Positions 49,024 to 55,157 of a DNA stretch of 64,000 nt are shown here, one piece after another (the first letter of the stretch is position 1; the number at the start of each line of letters is the position of its first letter). The notes under the pieces were generated by a model, which made no database searches, was not told where the DNA came from, and saw only the letters and a list, made by a program, of their open reading frames with translations. A program made the position numbers and the translations under genes. The DNA lies in the IMG/VR virus record IMGVR_UViG_3300024262_006558, positions 324,595-388,594 of that record; one strand, 5' to 3'.

Positions 49024-49107
49024 TACTCGAAGAGGGAGTCGAACCCTCATGCCCATAAGGGCGCTAGATCCTAAGTCTAGTGCGTCTACCAATTCCGCCA
49101 TCCGAGC
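49024..49107 (-). tRNA. tRNA-Leu(TAG), canonical type II
   Basis: CTAGA-CT TAG GA-TCTAG, long V arm, A73. Confidence 0.92.
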
Positions 49108-49213
49108 AAGTAAATAAATTTAAACTTTTTTTATGATATTATCAAATTATGCTAATACAAAAAAGCGAAGACTCACGCCCTCGCTTTTAAACTACTATTA
49201 TTTCAAAATGTGA

Positions 49214-49618
49214 TTATTTCTTCTTCAGCATTCTATAAATAGGTTCGAAACCTATTCCAAACGCTAATCTCAATATAACAAAGTCAATAACTAGATTATC
49301 TGTAATAGGTTGAAATAACACCATTCCAGCAAAGAAACATAAAAACATTGCAGCTTGAGCAAAATGCCACCCATCCGTTAATGAGACAAACACTGTCGCG
49401 CTTAATGGAAAACGTTCTTTATATTCTGGAGTAAATTTCCATAAATAATACCATCGCTTTTTATATTCTTTAACTCTTCTTCCCCCTGAGTTGATCTTCC
49501 ACTTTTTCTTCCAACTTTTGGATTTATTCCAGTAGTTGTTTAAGAAACCGTCTTCGGAGCTAACGTCCATTATGGCGTTTGCAGCTCCAGCAAATAATGC
49601 AAATAAAATTGACAACAT
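49214..49618 (-). CDS. Membrane protein
   Basis: Hydrophobic segments; TDGWH motif. Confidence 0.6.
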   Translation of the reverse strand: MLSILFALFAGAANAIMDVSSEDGFLNNYWNKSKSWKKKWKINSGGRRVKEYKKRWYYLWKFTPEYKERFPLSATVFVSLTDGWHFAQAAMFLCFFAGMVLFQPITDNLVIDFVILRLAFGIGFEPIYRMLKKK

Positions 49619-49626
49619 GTTTTTAT

Positions 49627-49812
49627 TTATAAATATGTTGTGTTTTTTGTGCCTCCAGAATTATAATATGTACTTCCAGAATTATAATATGTACTTCCAG
49701 AATTAGGTATATAAGGATCTATACACTCTCTTTCACAACTAAACAATGTCGGGATAAAAATTGTCCCCAATGTTACAATTGATGCTTTTTTTAAAAAATC
49801 TCTCCTATTCAT
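49627..49812 (-). CDS. Small Tat-signal lipoprotein
   Basis: MNRRDFLKK...LFSC; NSGSTYY repeats. Confidence 0.65.
   Translation of the reverse strand: MNRRDFLKKASIVTLGTIFIPTLFSCERECIDPYIPNSGSTYYNSGSTYYNSGGTKNTTYL
49654..49704. repeat. 21-nt tandem repeat inside Tat lipoprotein gene
   Basis: ccagaattataatatgtactt x2 plus partial copy. Confidence 0.8.
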
Positions 49813-49837
49813 AGTATATAAATATACTTATTTTTTG

Positions 49838-49917
49838 TACCCCTGGAGAGACTCGAACTCTCAAAAGCTCTGGGTTTGAACCAGTTATCTGTACCGATTT
49901 GAATAAGCCACAGGGGC
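49838..49917 (-). tRNA. Atypical tRNA with CAA (Leu) anticodon, short V arm, enlarged D region
   Basis: GCCCCTG/CAGGGGT acceptor, CTGG-TT CAA AC-CCAG, GAGAG-TTCGAGT-CTCTC. Confidence 0.75.
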
Positions 49918-49922
49918 GGGAT

Positions 49923-50165
49923 TTAAATTCTTCTTATTAGTTTTTTAAACTTAACACTTATTACTTTGATAGGGTTTATTTTATATGCATGAAAATACAA
50001 CCCAAAAAAGCAAGCTGATAACAGGTAAAAAAAGAAGGTTGTACTCCAGTAAGAATCTGTTAACTTCATCAGCATTGCGAATGCTATATCGTATCCTAGA
50101 GGGTTGAAGAATGTCCCCATTACTAATGCTAGTGTTCCGATCGTTTTTCTGTTCACCTTCATCAT
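49923..50165 (-). CDS. Small membrane protein
   Basis: FFNPLGYD...two TMs. Confidence 0.6.
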   Translation of the reverse strand: MMKVNRKTIGTLALVMGTFFNPLGYDIAFAMLMKLTDSYWSTTFFFYLLSACFFGLYFHAYKINPIKVISVKFKKLIRRI

Positions 50166-50202
50166 CCATTGTTTTCATATTTCGTTTAACATTTATTTAG
50201 TG

Positions 50203-50282
50203 TACCCCTGGAGAGACTCGAACTCTCAAAAGATCTGGGTCTAAGCCAGTTAGCTGTACCGATTTGCATAATCCACAGGGGC
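50203..50282 (-). tRNA. Atypical tRNA with TAG (Leu) anticodon, short V arm
   Basis: Paralog of 49838..49917; loop CT TAG AC. Confidence 0.75.
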
Positions 50283-50350
50283 ATATAATTATAAATAGTC
50301 GTGACTTGTATCCACGGATGTAACCTCTCAACTTTGCGTTCTATTCATTG

Positions 50351-50433
50351 TACCTCAGACAGGATTTGAACCTGCACGCCCATTACGGGCACTGGATTTT
50401 AAGTCCAGCGTGTCTGCGTTCCACCACCGAGGC
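50351..50433 (-). tRNA. tRNA-Leu(TAA), type II
   Basis: CTGGA-CT TAA AA-TCCAG, long V arm, A73. Confidence 0.9.
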
Positions 50434-50446
50434 GTGATGTTTGTTG

Positions 50447-50526
50447 TACCCCTGGCGAGACTCGAACTCGCAATAGCTCTGGGTTTAAGCCAGTTATCTG
50501 TACCGATTTGAATAAGCCACAGGGGC
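50447..50526 (-). tRNA. Atypical tRNA with TAA (Leu) anticodon, short V arm
   Basis: Paralog; loop CT TAA AC; T stem GCGAG/CTCGC covaries. Confidence 0.75.
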
Positions 50527-50531
50527 ATGCT

Positions 50532-50744
50532 TTATTTTTTTACTACCTTTTCAAAAAAGCTAACGGGCATGTCTCCGTTAATTTTCATAAACTCTTCTTC
50601 CGTTAAGCAATCACCATTAGCTTGCCAAGCCGCTTGGCAGAAATCTCTATATTCCCTACCATACTTTCTAGTGATATCCTTAAAGCTGATCTTAAAGTTG
50701 GATTCATCCGACTCAAAGTCAATAATTTCAAATATTCTTTTCAT
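50532..50744 (-). CDS. Hypothetical protein (start MKRIFE; longer ORF call overlaps tRNA)
   Basis: ATG 3 nt after tRNA-Leu(AAG) discriminator. Confidence 0.55.
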   Translation of the reverse strand: MKRIFEIIDFESDESNFKISFKDITRKYGREYRDFCQAAWQANGDCLTEEEFMKINGDMPVSFFEKVVKK

Positions 50745-50746
50745 AG

Positions 50747-50834
50747 TACCTCTACCCAGACTCGAACTGGGAACGTTTCTCATGTTTGCCACGGGTTCTT
50801 AGCCCGCCAGCTTTGCCAATTTGCTCATAGAGGT
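50747..50834 (-). tRNA. tRNA-Leu(AAG), A34
   Basis: GCGGG-CT AAG AA-CCCGT, long V arm, A73. Confidence 0.85.
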
Positions 50835-50843
50835 ATGAATAAA

Positions 50844-50962
50844 TGTTTCAAACAGGACTCGAACCTATATTGTTACGTACCAATCAAGTCAGAGTCAGAG
50901 CCTCCTTCAATATGAGGAAACTAACTTCCAACCTGTGCGCCTACCAATTTCGCCATTGAAAC
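50844..50962 (-). ncRNA. Type II tRNA-like RNA with ~34-nt insertion in anticodon loop
   Basis: GTTTCAA/TTGAAAC acceptor, Leu-like D arm, CAGGT/ACTTG stem enclosing 41 nt, V arm, T arm. Confidence 0.7.
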
Positions 50963-50967
50963 ATTTG

Positions 50968-51040
50968 AGCCTATGACAGGAATCGAACCTGCGACATCTT
51001 CCACACCAAGGAAGTGCTCTACCGACTGAGCTACATAGGC
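50968..51040 (-). tRNA. tRNA-Thr(GGT), G37
   Basis: CTTCC-TT GGT GT-GGAAG. Confidence 0.9.
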
Positions 51041-51045
51041 ATTAG

Positions 51046-51181
51046 TGGAACAGCGGGGAATCGAACCCCTTGCAAGATTTACATTTGACACCTTAAGATA
51101 TCAACAATACTCACTAGGATTTATCACCACTTAACCAAGAGCGATCTTAAGCTCACTAGAGGCTGCAGATAAAACTGCTCC
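51046..51181 (-). ncRNA. 136-nt tRNA-like RNA resembling a tmRNA tRNA-like domain (acceptor plus T arm, no D stem)
   Basis: GGAGCAG/CTGTTCC-A, GGGG-TTCGATT-CCCC, TGCAG/TTGCA closing stem. Confidence 0.65.
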
Positions 51182-51187
51182 GTTTAG

Positions 51188-51259
51188 AGCTACATGCAGG
51201 AATCGAACCCGCCTCTGAAGCTTACAAGGCTCCTGCATCACCGACAATGCTTATGTAGC
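51188..51259 (-). tRNA. tRNA-Thr(TGT)
   Basis: GGAGC-CT TGT AA-GCTTC. Confidence 0.9.
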
Positions 51260-51272
51260 AAGAATAATTTTG

Positions 51273-51403
51273 GGGAGGGGGCTGGACTCGAACCAGCGAC
51301 CTTCTGCTTAACAGGCAATTAGAAGGAAGACAAAACATAGCCTTATTTTTAAGGGGATCATTAAATCTTTTAAGATGCTCTAACCAACTGAGCTACCCCT
51401 CCC
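51273..51403 (-). tRNA. tRNA-Asn(GTT) interrupted by 56-nt insertion in 5' strand of anticodon stem
   Basis: TC[56 nt]TGC-CT GTT AA-GCAGA; intact D, T and acceptor arms; G-1 and C73. Confidence 0.78.
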
Positions 51404-51417
51404 ATTTATTATACTTG

Positions 51418-51505
51418 AGGTACTAGTAAGATTCGAACTTACGATGGAGGATCTCTCCTCGACAGATTTGCAGCCTGCCCCTTTCGCCCACTCAGGCATA
51501 GTACC
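51418..51505 (-). tRNA. tRNA-Cys(GCA) with long variable arm
   Basis: GCAGG-CT GCA AA-TCTGT; V arm GAGGA-GAGA-TCCTC; U73. Confidence 0.85.
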
Positions 51506-51516
51506 ATATATTTTTG

Positions 51517-51590
51517 TGGAGGCACTCGGTAACGATCCGAGATCTCTGGGACTTCAATCCAGCGCATAGACCAATCTTTGCTATGCCTCC
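51517..51590 (-). tRNA. tRNA-Phe(GAA) copy 1, G37
   Basis: CTGGA-TT GAA GT-CCCAG; T loop ATCGTTA. Confidence 0.85.
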
Positions 51591-51604
51591 CTATTATTTT
51601 ATTG

Positions 51605-51789
51605 TGGAGGAAGACGGAATCGAACCGCCGACCAACCCCTCCTACGGGGCCACTCTACCAAGACACCTTTTCAAAACCACCATACAACTTAAACACTTTC
51701 CAAAACCATTATTCATGACTAATGGCTAATTACTTATGTCGTTCTCTAGCTGAATCTACTCCGTTGAAATGTCACTGAGTTACTCCTCC
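51605..51789 (-). ncRNA. tRNA-like RNA with ~113-nt insertion in D loop and irregular anticodon loop (GTAGGA)
   Basis: GGAGGAG/TTCCTCC acceptor, ACTC/GAGT D stem, insert closed by GACATTT/AGGTGTC, intact T arm. Confidence 0.7.
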
Positions 51790-51846
51790 ATGGGTCCCGT
51801 TATTTTCTAGACAGCAAGCACGGGACCACACCGCTGTAAGACGTTG

Positions 51847-51921
51847 TGCTGTGTACTGGATTCGAACCAGTGATCTTCTCGGCTTCAACGAAACGCTTTA
51901 GACCAACTAAGCTAACACAGC
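51847..51921 (-). tRNA. tRNA-Phe(GAA) copy 2, G37
   Basis: TTTCG-TT GAA GC-CGAGA. Confidence 0.9.
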
Positions 51922-51928
51922 ATTTTTG

Positions 51929-52002
51929 GGTGATGGACGGGCTACGACCCCGCGACCTTTGGCGCCACAAGCCAATGCTCTACCAACTGAGCTACCACCA
52001 CC
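51929..52002 (-). tRNA. tRNA-His(GTG) copy 1, encoded G-1
   Basis: TTGGC-TT GTG GC-GCCAA; G-1:C73. Confidence 0.88.
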
Positions 52003-52071
52003 ATATTCATAAACTGAGGAATTCCTAAGTTTACGATTTGTAATACCAATACGTCAAAGAACTATTCTTTG

Positions 52072-52144
52072 GGTGTCGATGGGGTTCGAACCCTACCATC
52101 CAGATTCACAGTCTGGGACTCTCTCCAAGTGAGCTACCGACACC
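52072..52144 (-). tRNA. tRNA-His(GTG) copy 2, encoded G-1
   Basis: CCAGA-CT GTG AA-TCTGG; G-1:C73; irregular T stem. Confidence 0.85.
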
Positions 52145-52188
52145 ATATAAATTTGACAACCGTTTGTTATCAAAAAGGGTTATAAAAC

Positions 52189-52220
52189 AAAAAACCCCAA
52201 CTCTTTCGAGATGGGGTTTT
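52189..52220 (-). terminator. Attenuator terminator upstream of tRNA operon
   Basis: AAAACCCCATCTC-GAAA-GAGTTGGGGTTTTTT. Confidence 0.85.
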
Positions 52221-52248
52221 GAATGCTTTAAGTTTTATCTAAATCAAC

Positions 52249-52350
52249 TCAATTTGTTGATTTTTTAAACACGGACATACCCATCTCGGCTGACGTACTA
52301 AACGTTGTCAGACAATGTAATGATGTAGTATGTAAATTCGTGTTTTTCAT
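52249..52350 (-). promoter_or_regulatory. Leader peptide ORF (33 aa, 7 Thr) containing antiterminator CGAGATGGG
   Basis: MKNTNLHTTSLHCLTTFSTSAEMGMSVFKKSTN*; 9-nt perfect complement to terminator 5' arm CCCATCTCG. Confidence 0.75.
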
Positions 52351-52401
52351 TTTCTTATTATTAAATAGGTTAATTTTTTGTTTTCCTGATTAACTATACG
52401 A

Positions 52402-52432
52402 CAAACTTATACTTTTTGTTTCACTTTGTCAA
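52402..52432 (-). promoter_or_regulatory. Promoter for leader/tRNA operon
   Basis: Minus strand TTGACA-17 nt-TAAGTTTG. Confidence 0.65.
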
Positions 52433-52448
52433 GTCTTTTATGAAATTA

Positions 52449-53340
52449 TTTTAAATTTCCTTTCAAAATAATGGTATAAACACTTTATGTTCAAGTATAT
52501 AATATGAACATCATGTTGTGATTTCCTTTCAAAATAATGGTATACATACTGCGTCTAATATATTTAGGCATGCCTCAAATGTTGTGATTTCCTTTCAAAA
52601 TAATGGTATACATACTTTTCTACTCTTTATACTGAAGAAGCAAAGGGTTGTGATTTCCTTTCAAAATAATGGTATACATACTTTAAGCTTTTACAGGCCT
52701 CATCTTACGACTGTTGTGATTTCCTTTCAAAATAATGGTATACATACTATGGGTACATAGTTCCTCTCTCATACTTCGGTTGTGATTTCCTTTCAAAATA
52801 ATGGTATACATACTGCGTCTAATATATTTAGGCATGCCTCAAATGTTGTGATTTCCTTTCAAAATAATGGTATACATACTTTCGACATGAATACATCGCC
52901 TTTCAAAGTGGTTGTGATTTCCTTTCAAAATAATGGTATACATGCTGATTGAGCTTATGGGTGTTATGGATTCTTCGTTGTGATTTCCTTTCAAAATAAT
53001 GGTATAAATACTCTATCTTTGGAACAATAAACGATAAGGGGTTGTGATTTCCTTTCAAAATAATGGTATACATACTATTTGGCATCGAATTCCTGTTTGA
53101 GTGATAGTTGTGATTTCCTTTCAAAATAATGGTATACATACTATTTAAATACTTGCACATTAATATATACCCGTTGTGATTTCCTTTCAAAATAATGGTA
53201 TACATACTAAAGCCTGTTGACTATATGAGGCAACTAGTGTTGTGATTTCCTTTCAAAATAATGGTATACATACTTAAAAACAAAAAATGGCTTTTGCGAT
53301 ACTCGTTGTGATTTCCTTTCAAAATAATGGTATACATACT
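52449..53340 (-). CRISPR. CRISPR array: 13 repeats of 36 nt (52515..53340) plus a degenerate distal repeat; 30-nt spacers
   Basis: Plus-strand repeat GTTGTGATTTCCTTTCAAAATAATGGTATACATACT, period 66 (one 28-nt spacer); degenerate copy at 52449..52484 implies leader at right and minus-strand transcription. Confidence 0.97.
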
Positions 53341-53454
53341 AGGCCCTATCATAATCGATTAATAGATAGGTGATTATAAAGTATATTGAGTTAAAAAACT
53401 GGAGACTTATTATATAGTAACATATATTTACGATCAGTTTTCTCATTATAATTT
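53341..53454 (-). promoter_or_regulatory. CRISPR leader
   Basis: AT-rich 114 nt between cas6 stop and first repeat; cctatc...gatagg hairpin. Confidence 0.6.
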
Positions 53455-54183
53455 CTATTTAGCCAGGTATTGTCTATTATTTTCAATGTTGAATATTGAT
53501 CCAAACCCTATACCAGTAGAGCTTCCAATTCCAATAGCATATAAGGTATCCATAACTTTTTTATTTGCAAAAATTTCTAAATTACATTGATTTGCTATGT
53601 TAAATACTCTTTTTCCATTTATTGATTGTTTAATATCAATATGTCGAGTTCTATTTCTTTTTGATTTCCTTACTTTTACTTTAAATTTATCTAATTTCAA
53701 ATCGGAATTAACTTTACTCAACTTGTTTATAATATGCTTATGGAGCTCCTCTTCAAAATCATCATCATTTAAAGTATGTATAATGTCAGATTTATTCTTT
53801 GTGGTCTTTAAAAAAATTGGAGATAACATACCTACATGATTCCATCCATTTTTGAAATTATCTATTCTAAAATCATATCCATCATATTTCATACCATAAC
53901 ACAATTCAATCGTATTTGCATTGATAATAAGAAAATTAATTATGGCAGATATGAATTCTGCATCCAGAGATGAAACAGTAATATAGCATCCGCTACTCAT
54001 ATCTAAGAAATTCTCACCTTTAATCTTTTTTCCGCCCTGGATTGTAGATAAAGAATAGTTTGAGGATCTATCATGATAATGATTATTTTTTCCTAAACAT
54101 TTATGTAAGAAAGATATTACATGATATTGATTATTAAAAGGAACTCCCTCTTTGGTGCCTTTAAATTTAATTTTTATACGCAT
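53455..54183 (-). CDS. cas6: CRISPR-associated endoribonuclease Cas6
   Basis: C-terminal GIGSSTGIGFG loop; YSLSTIQGG; LSPI. Confidence 0.9.
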   Translation of the reverse strand: MRIKIKFKGTKEGVPFNNQYHVISFLHKCLGKNNHYHDRSSNYSLSTIQGGKKIKGENFLDMSSGCYITVSSLDAEFISAIINFLIINANTIELCYGMKYDGYDFRIDNFKNGWNHVGMLSPIFLKTTKNKSDIIHTLNDDDFEEELHKHIINKLSKVNSDLKLDKFKVKVRKSKRNRTRHIDIKQSINGKRVFNIANQCNLEIFANKKVMDTLYAIGIGSSTGIGFGSIFNIENNRQYLAK

Positions 54184-55157
54184 AAAATTTCTGTTTTTAA
54201 ATCACTATTAATGTCTCCAACTCTTTTAAAATCATCAAAATTTAGATCTCTATCTTTATAGATACCCTTTATTTTTACGAAACCACCGTCTAAAATCGTA
54301 GCACACCCTTTACTGTTTCTAACTCTTTCAATATCTTCTTCAGAAAAAGGAATGTATAATATACCATTATATATCTCAGTATAGCCAATGCTCTTAGGAA
54401 CATTTAACCTAGTATCTTTTTTCTTGTTTGAATTAGTTATTAACTCTTTTGCTTTTGTATCGCTTACTTTTGCAATATAATTATAGAACTGTGTTAAGCC
54501 TCTTTCTTTTGCTAATGTAAAGAAATTTTTATATTCATTTTCTATATCTCCAGTAACTCCATTTACAAATATTTTTTGTAATTTTAATAAGAGTTCTATA
54601 CATGTATACTGTTTCTTAATATTCTCTATTGTATCCACATTTAAAACCACCTTAGATAACTCCATCAAGGAATAAAAAACATCATATGTACCTAGTATAT
54701 CTTTACAATATCTCCTTATAGTTTCATAATTTATATTATTATATTTAGAAGTTGAATTCCAATGAGCCTTTCTAAGTGAAGTAACCTCAGTCCTCACATG
54801 TCTATTGCCACTCTTATCAATATTTACATTAGAAATATCTAATTTTAGATACGAATCTTCTGCAACGCTCATCAAATCTTCACGATTTTTATAATGAACC
54901 TCCCTTAGAGAAGGCTTTGGTCTATCACCGACCAAAACCTGTAGAAGATTATTTATTTGCTTTTTAGTAATAGGTTCTTCAAAATATTTAGTGATAACTT
55001 TTTTGGGTATATTATTTTCCTTGTCAGCTGCTTGAACAACTGTTCTTGATCTAAATTTACCATTTTCAATAACTAAATCTTTTTCATTTTTGTTACCATA
55101 TTTATTAACTCTAAATAATTTAGCGTTCTTGAACTCTACTACCAAATAGTTTTTCAT
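54174..55157 (-). CDS. cas5fv: Cas5fv-like Cascade subunit
   Basis: INNLLQVLVGDRPK, TEVTSLRK and C-terminal GCATILDGG align with recalled Cas5fv blocks; position between cas7fv and cas6. Confidence 0.65.
   Translation of the reverse strand: MKNYLVVEFKNAKLFRVNKYGNKNEKDLVIENGKFRSRTVVQAADKENNIPKKVITKYFEEPITKKQINNLLQVLVGDRPKPSLREVHYKNREDLMSVAEDSYLKLDISNVNIDKSGNRHVRTEVTSLRKAHWNSTSKYNNINYETIRRYCKDILGTYDVFYSLMELSKVVLNVDTIENIKKQYTCIELLLKLQKIFVNGVTGDIENEYKNFFTLAKERGLTQFYNYIAKVSDTKAKELITNSNKKKDTRLNVPKSIGYTEIYNGILYIPFSEEDIERVRNSKGCATILDGGFVKIKGIYKDRDLNFDDFKRVGDINSDLKTEILCV

Noticed and set aside
49838-50526. tRNAs with TAG/TAA anticodons as stop-codon suppressors or evidence of recoding
   Set aside because: Anticodons UAG/UAA read CUA/UUA (Leu); a suppressor would need CUA/UUA/UCA. 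Conserved genes are intact in the standard code.
51046-51181. Full-length tmRNA (ssrA)
   Set aside because: Too short, no G3:U70 and no clear tag reading frame; kept only as tmRNA-like.
50527-52028. ORFs 50527..50802, 50622..50915, 51514..51729, 51846..52028
   Set aside because: They overlap tRNA genes on the opposite strand.
52518-53205. ORFs 52518..52760 (+) and 52903..53205 (-)
   Set aside because: Translations of CRISPR repeats (VVISFQNNGIHT periodicity).
52515-53340. Type II or VI system, or self-targeting spacers
   Set aside because: No Cas9/Cas13 or anti-repeat seen; no spacer match noticed by eye in the window (no exhaustive search possible).
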